Below, piece by piece: positions 10,736-19,606 of a stretch of 64,000 bases of DNA. The stretch lies in assembly GCA_964462865.1 (NCBI GenBank), contig CAYWZO010000001.1:17309-81308 (forward strand). The letters are read 5' to 3'. The notes below the pieces were generated by a model. It worked only from the letters and a program-made list of their open reading frames with translations, had not been told where the DNA came from and searched no databases. The translations under genes were made by a program, and so were the position numbers. Numbering within the stretch: position 1 is the stretch's first letter; each line of letters opens with the position of its first letter. The stretch comes from an uncultured Dehalococcoidaceae bacterium (GTDB taxonomy: Bacteria > Chloroflexota > Dehalococcoidia > Dehalococcoidales > RBG-16-60-22).

Positions 10736-10971
10736 CCGCCCCCGAGAAATGCTCCCCTTCCAATCAGTGTTTTCACTGCCACGATATCTTTATATCCCAC
10801 CGACCAATTTCCCTGACACTCCTTTTTTACAGGGGGATAACAGGGAAGATTCATCTCATTCACGCGTGCATCAGGCGCGCAGGATTATCACGATATCCTG
10901 TTTGACAAAGCCGTGCCCATCGCCTACATTTAATATATCGACACCGATGCGTTCAAGGAGGGCTATCGAAA

Positions 10972-11760
10972 ATGGAATGGGGAATGGCCAACCGCCTGGC
11001 GCAGCTGATTCCGGCGGACGGGCGCTGTGTTTTCATGCCCATCGACCACGGCTATTTTCAGGGACCGACCCGGAACCTGGAAGAGCCGGGAAAGACGCTC
11101 GAACCGATAATGCCGTATGCCGATGGCGTCTTCGTCACCCGCGGCGTACTGCGCGCGACGATTGACCCGGCCAAATCCAAACCGATTATTCTACGCGTGT
11201 CCGGCGGTACCAGCATGGTGGGCGCCGACCTGGCCAACGAGGGCATCACCACCGATATCGAAGAGGTCATTCGGCTGAACGCCGCGGCCGTCGGCATTTC
11301 CGTCTTTATCGGCACCAGCTACGAAAAGGAATCGCTGCTTAACCTCTCCCGGCTGGTCAACGAGGGCGAAAAGTACGGCGTCCCCGTAATGGCAGTCACG
11401 GCGGTAGGGAAAGAACTGGGGAAAAGGGACGCCCGCTATCTGGCTTTGAGCACGCGCATCTGCGCCGAGCTGGGCGCCCGCATCGTCAAGACCTACTGGT
11501 GCGAAAACTTCGAAAAGATAGTCCGGGGCTGTCCGGTGCCGGTGGTCATGGCGGGCGGGCCACAGACGGAAACGGAGCTGGAGGTATTCGAGTTCGTCCA
11601 TGACGGCATCCAGAAGGGCGCTATCGGCGTCAACCTGGGGAGGAACGTCTGGCAGAACGACCATCCGGTGGCCATGATTAAAGCGATACGTGCCATTGTC
11701 CATGACGATGCCACCCCCCAGCAGGCGCAAAAGATATACGACACCGCGAAAAATGAGTGA
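10972..11760 (+). CDS. Class I aldolase of the DhnA/FbaB/LsrF (COG1830) family
   Basis: FMPIDHGYFQGP, ILRVSGGTSM and GARIVKTYW (Schiff-base Lys context). An AGGAGG SD lies ~9 nt upstream of ATG 10972. Confidence 0.7.
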   Translation: MEWGMANRLAQLIPADGRCVFMPIDHGYFQGPTRNLEEPGKTLEPIMPYADGVFVTRGVLRATIDPAKSKPIILRVSGGTSMVGADLANEGITTDIEEVIRLNAAAVGISVFIGTSYEKESLLNLSRLVNEGEKYGVPVMAVTAVGKELGKRDARYLALSTRICAELGARIVKTYWCENFEKIVRGCPVPVVMAGGPQTETELEVFEFVHDGIQKGAIGVNLGRNVWQNDHPVAMIKAIRAIVHDDATPQQAQKIYDTAKNE

Positions 11761-12805
11761 GCCGTCAGCCGGGAAAATGCGCGTCGCCGTCTGGTACAAC
11801 AACCAGGACGTCCGTATCGAGGAGAGGCCGCTGCCCCGCATCGGCGCGGGAGAGATGCTGGTGCGTATCATGGCCAGCGGCATCTGCGGCAGCGACGTCA
11901 TGGAGTGGTACCGGCTCGACCGCGCGCCGCTGGTGCTGGGGCATGAAATCGCCGGCGAGGTCGTGGAGACAGGCGAGGGGGTGAAGCAGTATCAGGTCGG
12001 CGACCGCGTGGCCGTCGCCCACCACGTCCCCTGCAACACCTGCCACTACTGCTTGAGCGGCAACCAGACCGTCTGCGATACTTTACGCCGCACCAACTTC
12101 GACCCCGGCGGTTTCGCCGAGTACGTACGTTTGCCTGCCATTAACGTTGAACGCGGCGTTTTCCCCCTGCCCGATGATATGTCCTACGAAGAGGCCACCT
12201 TCATCGAGCCGCTGGCCTGCGTCCTGCGCGGGCAAAGAAGGGCACACCTCAAACCGGGCCAGAGCGTGCTCGTCATCGGCAGCGGCATCTCCGGACTGCT
12301 CCACATCATGCTGGCGCGGGCGTCCGGCGCGGGAAAAATTACGGCGGTGGACATCAACAATTACCGCCTGGCGGCGGCCCAAAAGTTCGGGGCAGACACG
12401 GCTTTTTCGGCAAACGAATATTCGCCCGAACGGCTACGTGAAGTCAACGGCGGCTATCTGGCCGACCTGGTCATCGCGTGCACCGGCGCCATGGAGGCCA
12501 TCAACCAGGCACTCGCCTCTGTGGAACGTGGCGGCACCATCCTTTTCTTCGCCCCCACCGGCCCCGGCGTGTCCATCCCGCTTTCAATTAACGATGTCTT
12601 CTGGCGTAACGACGTGACATTGACCACCTCTTACGCCGGCAGCCCCGCCGACTACGCCGCGGCGCTCAAGTTGATAACGGCCTACCGCTTGCCGGTGAAG
12701 CAGATGATTACCCACCGGCTGGGGCTGGCGGAGACAGGGGCCGGGTTCCGCCTGGTCGCCGGAGCGGGGGAGTCTCTAAAGGTAATCATCGAGTCGCAGC
12801 GCTAA
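11753..12805 (+). CDS. Zn-dependent medium-chain alcohol/polyol dehydrogenase
   Basis: GICGSDVMEW, GHEIAGEVVETGEGV, the structural Zn Cys cluster CNTCHYCLSGNQTVC and the Rossmann motif VIGSGISGL. The start is either ATG 11753 (overlaps the upstream stop) or ATG 11777 (MRVAVWY). Confidence 0.85.
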   Translation: MSEPSAGKMRVAVWYNNQDVRIEERPLPRIGAGEMLVRIMASGICGSDVMEWYRLDRAPLVLGHEIAGEVVETGEGVKQYQVGDRVAVAHHVPCNTCHYCLSGNQTVCDTLRRTNFDPGGFAEYVRLPAINVERGVFPLPDDMSYEEATFIEPLACVLRGQRRAHLKPGQSVLVIGSGISGLLHIMLARASGAGKITAVDINNYRLAAAQKFGADTAFSANEYSPERLREVNGGYLADLVIACTGAMEAINQALASVERGGTILFFAPTGPGVSIPLSINDVFWRNDVTLTTSYAGSPADYAAALKLITAYRLPVKQMITHRLGLAETGAGFRLVAGAGESLKVIIESQR

Positions 12806-12944
12806 GTAGGTTGCGGTGATAACGCAATTTCATAATGACGATATATTAAACAGGTATGGTGTTGAAAATATTACCCAAAAAACACCAATCGTCCTTATCC
12901 GGTTTGATTTTAATTAATCCGTACCAATTGATCATACTTACTTT

Positions 12945-13130
12945 TATCCTTACCCCCTGCCCCCCTTTCCAAACGGGTCTCCGGACGGATTCAGGAATTC
13001 CTGTTTGGAAAGGGGGAGATGTTTGAGAGGGTGGCGGAGCCCCCCTCTCTGTTGCGCTCCCCTCTCCAGCCAATTGTGACTTGGTCTATATCCGATGCAT
13101 AGGCTGGAGAGGGGATAAAGGGGTAAGGCA
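12945..13130. repeat. Composite palindromic element: three perfect stem-loops enclosed by an outer 9-bp helix
   Basis: The outer helix is ccttacccc (12948-56) / ggggtaagg (13120-28). Inner stems are 12961-74/13003-16 (14 bp), 13025-31/13043-49 (7 bp) and 13059-71/13102-14 (13 bp). All pairs are Watson-Crick. Confidence 0.65.
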
Positions 13131-13169
13131 GGCACGCCATCGTATATAAAAAGTAAAACCCTCTTCTTT

Positions 13170-13198
13170 TTGAACTTCTTGGTTTGGCAGACTATAAT
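13170..13198 (+). promoter_or_regulatory. Sigma-70-type promoter for the response regulator/kinase operon
   Basis: TTGAAC (13170-75), a 17-nt spacer, then TATAAT (13193-98), 31 nt upstream of ATG 13229. Confidence 0.55.
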
Positions 13199-13228
13199 GG
13201 TATTGAGACTTCAGGCCGCAGCATACAA

Positions 13229-13891
13229 ATGAACAAGATAAAAGTGCTGATTGCCGACGACCATGCCCTCTTCCGCGAGGGGACACGCAGCCTCATCGAA
13301 CAGGAGAAGGACATGGAGGTGGTGGGCGAGGCCAGCGACGGGGCCGAGACCATCAAACTGGTCAGGGAGCTGCGCCCCCACGTCGTACTGATGGACATCG
13401 CCATGCCGAAGGTCAATGGCATCGAAGCTACCCGTCAGACTAAAGTTGATTACCCGGCGACGGCCGTTTTAATACTGACCGCCTATGACAACGACCAGTA
13501 CATCGTGGCTTTGCTGGAGGCGGGCGCCGCCGGATACCTGCTGAAAAACGTCAGCGGCGCCGACCTGGTCAACGCCATCCGTGCCGTATATGCCGGTGAA
13601 GCCGTACTCCACCCCACCATTGCCCAGAAAGTCTTCGGCCGCCTGGGATTGAGCAGCCGGCCATCGGCCACGTCCCAGGAAGCCGAGCTTAGCGAGCGGG
13701 AAATGGAGATACTGAAGCTGGCCGCCCGTGGGATGAGCAACCAGGACATTGCCGCCCAGCTTTACTTGAGCCGCCGCACGGTACAGGCGCACCTGGCCAA
13801 TATCTTCCGTAAAATGGACGTCGGCTCCCGGACGGAGGCTGTGTTGCAGGCCCTTAGAAAAGGCTGGCTCGTCCTGGACGACCTAGCATAA
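13229..13891 (+). CDS. NarL/LuxR-family response regulator
   Basis: Receiver domain (KVLIADDH, VVLMDIAMPKVNG, VLILTAYD, GYLLKN) plus a LuxR HTH (LSEREMEILKLAARGMSNQDIAAQLYLSRRTVQAHLANIFRKM). I place the start at ATG 13229 rather than TTG 13184. Confidence 0.9.
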   Translation: MNKIKVLIADDHALFREGTRSLIEQEKDMEVVGEASDGAETIKLVRELRPHVVLMDIAMPKVNGIEATRQTKVDYPATAVLILTAYDNDQYIVALLEAGAAGYLLKNVSGADLVNAIRAVYAGEAVLHPTIAQKVFGRLGLSSRPSATSQEAELSEREMEILKLAARGMSNQDIAAQLYLSRRTVQAHLANIFRKMDVGSRTEAVLQALRKGWLVLDDLA

Positions 13892-13896
13892 AGGCT

Positions 13897-15873
13897 ATGG
13901 CGAAGCGTAAACTCGTGAAGCGATTTTACCAAATTCCTCATTTCTGGGGCATATTGGCCATCATGTACATCGGCGCCCTTTTATACTATGCTGACCATAT
14001 TCCCTGGTACCAGACCTTCTTTCCCCGAGCGCCTATCGAGCTAGCTCAATATTCGACCTACCGCATCCTCTCCATCATCCCGGTAGCCTACGCCGCCTTC
14101 GTTTTTCGCTGGAGGGGCGGTGTGATAACTGCGGTATTTATTTTTATAGCCCTCCTGCCGCGCGCTATATTTTTTTCCACGCAGGTATACGAGGCGATAA
14201 CCGAGACCTTTGCCTTCTTTTTCATCGGCCTACTGGTGACCTGGCTGATCCACCGGCAACAGCAGGCGGTCCACCAGCTGGAAAACGCTCATCAGGAACT
14301 TAAGGCGGATATTCAGATTATCAAAGATGATGAGAAGCGGATGACGGCCTTGAATCGGATAGCGAGTACTGTAGCGGAATCTTTGGAACTAAGCACGGTC
14401 TTGAGCAATGCCATCGATAACGTCGTCGATGTGATGAAGGCGGATGTCGCCTGGATTTTTCTGCTGGATGAGGACGGCGGCGAACTTTCCCTGGAAGCCC
14501 ACCGTGGCTCGGCCGAGGAGCTGGCCCGGGGCGTGGACCGGCTCAAGCTGGGCGAGGGTTTCAACGGGCGGGTAGCCCAGTCAGGCCAGCCCCTTTTCGT
14601 CGAAGACGCCTCCCAGGACCCGCGCCTTACCCGGGAGGTGGTCAGCAAGTTCAAACTCCGTTCGACACTTATCGTCCCGGTCAGTTCCAAAAAGAAAGTC
14701 AACGGCACCATCTGCATCGCCATGTACAGCCACCGCCAGTTCCAGCCGGAGGAGGTCGAGCTTTTAACAGCCATGGGCAACCAGATCGGCGTGGCCGTGG
14801 AGAATGCCCACCTTTACCGGCAACAGCAGGTCACCACCCAGCAGTTGCGAATCTCCGAAGAGCGCTACCGCGGCCTCTTTGAAAACTCCACCGATGCCCT
14901 TTTCGTCGTCTCGACCACCGCCCGGATTATCTCGGTCAACCGGGCCTGCGAAGAACTGACCGGCTACACGCGCAAGGAACTGACGTCCACGACCATATAC
15001 AACCTGTTTTCCAGCGATACCAGGGAAAAGCTGGTGCAAATGTTCACAAGCAATCTGGACCGGTTTCCGGCAGGCGGAATCGAGGATGCGCGGCTCACCC
15101 GGAAAAACGGAACGGAAGCCTATGTCGAACTCCGTATCAGCCCCATTCTCCGGAAGGATGAGGTGCTCGGGTTGCAGGTAATCGCCCAGGACGTGACCGA
15201 GGAAAAGCAGCTACGGCGGAACATGGAGTATTATATAAAACAGGTGACCAAGGCCCAGGAAGATGAACGCCTGCGTATCTCCCGCGAGCTGCACGACGAC
15301 ACCGTCCAGGTACTGGCGACGCTATCCCGGGGTATCGATTCCTTTATTGCCGGTGAGAAAAAAAGCCCCCGGCCGACGGTAGAACAGCTGAAAAAGCTGC
15401 ACGAGATGGCCAACTCGGCCCTGGAAGGGGTACGGCGTTTTAGCCAGGACTTGAGGCCTTCCATACTGGATGACCTCGGTCTGGTGCCTGCCCTCGAGTG
15501 GCTCATTACCGACCTCGAAAAAGGATACGGTATGACTACCAAGGTCGATATCACCGGCAGCCAGCGCCGTCTTTCACCGGAAATAGAGCTCACCGTCTTC
15601 CGCATCGCCCAGGAGGTGTTCAGCAACATCAGGCGGCACTCACAGGCTTCGACAGTAGAGATGGGGCTGGACTTCAGCGCCGATGCCCTGACTCTGGTGA
15701 TCAACGATAACGGCCAAGGCTTTAATATTCCCGCGCGTACCAGCGACCTCGCTGTATCTGGAAAACTTGGCATCCTCGGCATGCGGGAAAGGGCCCGCTT
15801 GGTGGGGGGCACGCTGATAGTGCAATCGGAAAAGGATAGTGGCACCACGGTCACCTTGAGGATTCCGGCCTAG
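13897..15873 (+). CDS. Membrane sensor histidine kinase (multi-TM N-terminus, GAF, PAS, HisKA_3, HATPase)
   Basis: TM-rich first ~110 aa; GAF (ADVAWIFLLDEDGGELSLEAHRG...); PAS (EERYRGLFENSTDALFVV); H-box ERLRISRELHDDTVQVL; ATPase G-boxes. It follows its regulator gene by 5 nt. Confidence 0.88.
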   Translation: MAKRKLVKRFYQIPHFWGILAIMYIGALLYYADHIPWYQTFFPRAPIELAQYSTYRILSIIPVAYAAFVFRWRGGVITAVFIFIALLPRAIFFSTQVYEAITETFAFFFIGLLVTWLIHRQQQAVHQLENAHQELKADIQIIKDDEKRMTALNRIASTVAESLELSTVLSNAIDNVVDVMKADVAWIFLLDEDGGELSLEAHRGSAEELARGVDRLKLGEGFNGRVAQSGQPLFVEDASQDPRLTREVVSKFKLRSTLIVPVSSKKKVNGTICIAMYSHRQFQPEEVELLTAMGNQIGVAVENAHLYRQQQVTTQQLRISEERYRGLFENSTDALFVVSTTARIISVNRACEELTGYTRKELTSTTIYNLFSSDTREKLVQMFTSNLDRFPAGGIEDARLTRKNGTEAYVELRISPILRKDEVLGLQVIAQDVTEEKQLRRNMEYYIKQVTKAQEDERLRISRELHDDTVQVLATLSRGIDSFIAGEKKSPRPTVEQLKKLHEMANSALEGVRRFSQDLRPSILDDLGLVPALEWLITDLEKGYGMTTKVDITGSQRRLSPEIELTVFRIAQEVFSNIRRHSQASTVEMGLDFSADALTLVINDNGQGFNIPARTSDLAVSGKLGILGMRERARLVGGTLIVQSEKDSGTTVTLRIPA

Positions 15874-17039
15874 TCCGGCGGGGTATAAGGTTCCGGGGAT
15901 TGCGAGCCGGTATGTATCCGGAGACCGGAAACAAAGGCTGTCACCGCGACGGGGCAGAACTGGGTGCCCGAACATTCCTGCAGTTCTTCAATCGCCTGTT
16001 CAATGCTCATAGCCTGGTGGTAGGCGCGTCCGGTTGTCATGGTGTCAAAAGCATCAGCAATAGCTATCAGCCTGGCGCCCAGGGGTATCTCTTCGCCCCG
16101 AAGCCCCTCGGGATAGCCTTTGCCATCGAACCTTTCATGATGATAGAGCACAAGTTCGCTCGCTTTTTCCAGGTAGGTGATTTCCCTTAATAAATTAGCT
16201 CCTTTGGCCGGGTGCTGGCGGATTACCTCCCATTCCTCCGGCGTGAGGGCGTCTTTTTTATTCAATATACAGGAGTCAATTTCTATTTTGCCGATATCAT
16301 GCAGTATCGCCGCACTCCGTAATATTTCATTCTCGTCGGGGGAGAGGGAAAAGTAGGTCCCGGCCATGACCGTGTATTCCATCACCCTTTGAGAGTGGCC
16401 GCAGGCATACGGGTCCTTGGCATCGATGGCCGCCGCCAGCGTCGAGATGGTGTTTTTAAATGCATCCAGAATGACCTGATACTGCCGTGTATTCTCTATC
16501 GCCATGGCGGTGGTAGTGGCGACGGAAACAATGGCTTCCAGGTCATGCTCTTCGAATTCCGTATCATCCATCTTGTTGATAGCTTCAATGACGCCCAGGA
16601 TTTTATGCTGGACCATCAGCGGAGCACAGATCAGGGCTTTAGTTTGAAAACCCGTGGTATCGTCAATCATTTTATGAAATTTTTCACTGCGGGCTACATC
16701 ATTGACGATGAGGGGTTTACCCGTACGGGCTACCTGACCGGCGATGCCGTACCGCGTGGACAATTTTACCTGCCGCAGCGCTTTACCTACCGGGCCGGAG
16801 GCGACCTCAAAGAATAACTCTTCCTCATTATCCCCGAAAAGGAGGATAGAGGCCGCCGCTATATTTAGTGTCTTCTGGGACGTCTTGATGACCTGTTCCA
16901 GCATCTGGGTCATCCGCGGCGATGACCTGATTTTTTTACTGACCCCGCATACCAGTTCCAGCCCGGGTTTAGGCTCTCCCTCCACATGGGCTGGTACCGA
17001 ACCGGATAGCATTCTTTCCAGACTATATACCATATTCAA
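15870..17039 (-). CDS. GAF-domain HD-GYP phosphodiesterase
   Basis: The N-terminal GAF has ASILLFGDNEEELFFEVASG...GIAGQVARTGKPLIVNDV. The HD-GYP part has GHSQRV, ILHDIGKI and HHERFDGKGYPEGLRGEEIPLGARLIAIADAFD. The listed start is TTG 17039; ATG 17033 is an alternative. Confidence 0.88.
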   Translation of the reverse strand: MNMVYSLERMLSGSVPAHVEGEPKPGLELVCGVSKKIRSSPRMTQMLEQVIKTSQKTLNIAAASILLFGDNEEELFFEVASGPVGKALRQVKLSTRYGIAGQVARTGKPLIVNDVARSEKFHKMIDDTTGFQTKALICAPLMVQHKILGVIEAINKMDDTEFEEHDLEAIVSVATTTAMAIENTRQYQVILDAFKNTISTLAAAIDAKDPYACGHSQRVMEYTVMAGTYFSLSPDENEILRSAAILHDIGKIEIDSCILNKKDALTPEEWEVIRQHPAKGANLLREITYLEKASELVLYHHERFDGKGYPEGLRGEEIPLGARLIAIADAFDTMTTGRAYHQAMSIEQAIEELQECSGTQFCPVAVTAFVSGLRIHTGSQSPEPYTPPD

Positions 17040-17074
17040 ATACCCATAATGGTGATACTTGGTACTTTCTAGAC

Positions 17075-17899
17075 TTACACCCCCACCGTCTCGAGACTGC
17101 GGAACATCTCACGGTTTTTCTCCGTCAAACGGGAATATTCTTCATTGACCACCCAGACCAGTTCATTGTCACCTACACCAGGGATGGAAACATATTTGGG
17201 CACAAAAACCTGGCGGAATTGCGCCGGCATGTGCTCGCGAACCTGGAACCCACGGTGCGGAAAGCAAAAGGTCAAAGAACTCAAACGGGAGAGTCGCGTA
17301 GCATTGTTGATACAATGCCCGACGTATTCTTTATCATTACCGATGCCGTAGACCTTACCCCGCGCCACCCCGCATCTAAGAGTAGCCGGTGGTTTATTAA
17401 CAACCATTGAGATACGCGGGTAAAACTCCGTCCGGTAGGCACAACAGACTTTATGGAGAGTGCCGGCCAGCTGGCATATCTGCTCTTCCGTCATCTTCTG
17501 GGCGTCCCAGAGCACCAGGAGGCCATCGCCCAGAAACTTGACCATGATAGGCAGCCCTGTCCAGAGCGTACTATGGTCGCCGTAGTCTTTTTCCGTAATC
17601 CTTTTACGGATATTACTGAAAAACCACTCCAGAAAATCGTTTAGGAACTTGGGGATGACCAGATACGAGTCCACCTGGTTACAGAACGCCGTAAAGCCCG
17701 TCAGGTCAAATACGGCGGCCACGGCCTCTTTTTCCCGGCAGGGAGCATTGATATCGCCGAGCTCCAGCACCGAGGGATTGAACCTTTTAATGGTCTCGTT
17801 ATCAATCAGTTTAGAGTTATTTCCCCGGCCATCCGGCAACGAGCCCCTGGAGCCGGGAGCCCTAACCCTTCTTACGATTACCCGTCTTACTTTTCCCAT
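17075..17899 (-). CDS. Stand-alone class III nucleotidyl (adenylyl/guanylyl-type) cyclase catalytic domain
   Basis: VAAVFDLTGFTAF (metal Asp 1), MVKFLGDGLLVLW (Lys plus metal Asp 2) and RCGVARGKVYGIG...EYVGHCINNATRLSRL (Asn/Arg transition-state pair). It has an Arg-rich ~45-aa N-terminus, no sensor domain and a weak SD, so the start is uncertain. Confidence 0.7.
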   Translation of the reverse strand: MGKVRRVIVRRVRAPGSRGSLPDGRGNNSKLIDNETIKRFNPSVLELGDINAPCREKEAVAAVFDLTGFTAFCNQVDSYLVIPKFLNDFLEWFFSNIRKRITEKDYGDHSTLWTGLPIMVKFLGDGLLVLWDAQKMTEEQICQLAGTLHKVCCAYRTEFYPRISMVVNKPPATLRCGVARGKVYGIGNDKEYVGHCINNATRLSRLSSLTFCFPHRGFQVREHMPAQFRQVFVPKYVSIPGVGDNELVWVVNEEYSRLTEKNREMFRSLETVGV

Positions 17900-18054
17900 C
17901 AAACAAGCCTGTCTACCGGAGCATCGAATATCAAGCTACATAACTGATATAATGCTCTTAGAATATTTATAATCCGCCTGATGGTTATATTATTAGCAAG
18001 CAGGTAAATAAAACGTAAACATAGCTGGCGGGCGTCTAAATAATTTGTTAATAA

Positions 18055-18123
18055 CACGGCATATTGCCGTGCCGGGCCAGCCATGATAATATTAAAGATA
18101 TACGGTAAATATTTGCCGTATAT
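18055..18123. promoter_or_regulatory. Two operator-like palindromes sharing the half-site TGCCGT upstream of the atypical OmpR-type regulator
   Basis: Site 1 is cACGGCA-tat-TGCCGTg (18055-71). Site 2 is atatACGGTAaat|atTTGCCGTatat (18098-18123, 13-bp arms, one mismatch). Both lie in an AT-rich gap 35-100 nt upstream of ATG 18158. Confidence 0.5.
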
Positions 18124-18157
18124 TTCAAAAGTAAGTAAACACAACATAAGAAGAAAA

Positions 18158-18826
18158 ATGGCCAGAGCCTTAATCATTACCAGAGACGCCGATTCCAGGG
18201 AAGAGCTGCGGAAAACCTTATCCTATAATGATATTACGTTCCTTTTTATCACTTACAGCAACGGGTTCCGGCAGGAAATAACCGGTAAGCAACCCGAAGT
18301 CCTCCTCCTGGAAATGGGAGAACAGCTTCCAGGACCGGAAACCCAGGAAATTATCAGGAAGGTCAAAAAGGAGAAAAGGGTACCGGTTATCGCCCTGATT
18401 CCCAGGGAATATCTGGATAAAATGGACGCCAACCCGGACATTGATGATTTTCTGGTAACACCCTACGATGTCCAAGAGCTGGTTATAAGGATAAACAGGC
18501 TCCTCGGCAGCCGCGGCCCGGAGAGCCAGGAGCCCATCCAGGGCCAGGGACTGACCATCGACCCGGACACCTGCGAGGTGACAGTAGACGGCAGCAAAGT
18601 GGAACTTACCTTTAAAGAATATGAATTGCTCAAACTGCTGGCGAGCCACAAAGGGCGCGTCTTTACCCGGGAGGTCCTGCTCGATAAAATCTGGGGCTAT
18701 GACTATTACGGCGGCGACCGCACCGTCGATGTACACATCCGCCGGTTAAGGAGCAAAATCGAACAGAACCGCGGCTACATCGAGACGGTGCGCAATATCG
18801 GCTACCGCTTCGTTAAAGACTCTTAG
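18158..18826 (+). CDS. OmpR/PhoB-family regulator with a degenerate (pseudo-)receiver domain
   Basis: The winged-helix C-terminus is intact (LTFKEYELLKLLASHKGRVFTREVLLDKIWGYDYYGGDRTVDVHIRRLRSKIE...IETVRNIGYRF). Receiver key residues are replaced: LLLEMGE (Asp to Glu), ALIP (Thr/Ser to Ile) and LVTPY (Lys to Thr). Confidence 0.85.
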   Translation: MARALIITRDADSREELRKTLSYNDITFLFITYSNGFRQEITGKQPEVLLLEMGEQLPGPETQEIIRKVKKEKRVPVIALIPREYLDKMDANPDIDDFLVTPYDVQELVIRINRLLGSRGPESQEPIQGQGLTIDPDTCEVTVDGSKVELTFKEYELLKLLASHKGRVFTREVLLDKIWGYDYYGGDRTVDVHIRRLRSKIEQNRGYIETVRNIGYRFVKDS

Positions 18827-18990
18827 AAACGTTCCCGGTGATACTTCCTCACTGCCGGTAAAGAACAGGCAATCCCCGTTCTAATATAACCAACTCGCCC
18901 CTGACGACTACAAACAAAAGGCACCTGTCTGCGTCTTTCTTACTGACTTTGTAACATGATTGTAATATAACAAGGTTAAAGTATAAGTAA

Positions 18991-19506
<516 letters not shown>

Positions 19507-19606
19507 AAAACACGGGGGAAGATATATGGAATAAGGCGCGCCGCTAAGAAAATTAATGACAAAAGGCTGAATAACATCTATAATAACAATATTACAGGAG
19601 AGGGAA

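Noticed and set aside
15870-15873. A 4-nt overlap (CTAG) of the convergent stop codons of the kinase and the HD-GYP gene.
   Set aside because: It is a trivial consequence of the palindromic TAG/CTA stops and gives no evidence of function.
15870-17902. Interpretation of the cyclase plus downstream gene as a Pycsar/CBASS-type anti-phage system.
   Set aside because: The partner is a standard GAF-HD-GYP signalling phosphodiesterase, not a membrane-disrupting, TIR or nuclease effector. The neighbours are two-component genes, and no other defence genes or mobile-element hallmarks are nearby. I kept it as a signalling-module finding instead.
19507-19606. The glnA leader, checked for a glutamine (glnA RNA) riboswitch and for NrpR operators.
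   Set aside because: There is no match to either consensus by eye.
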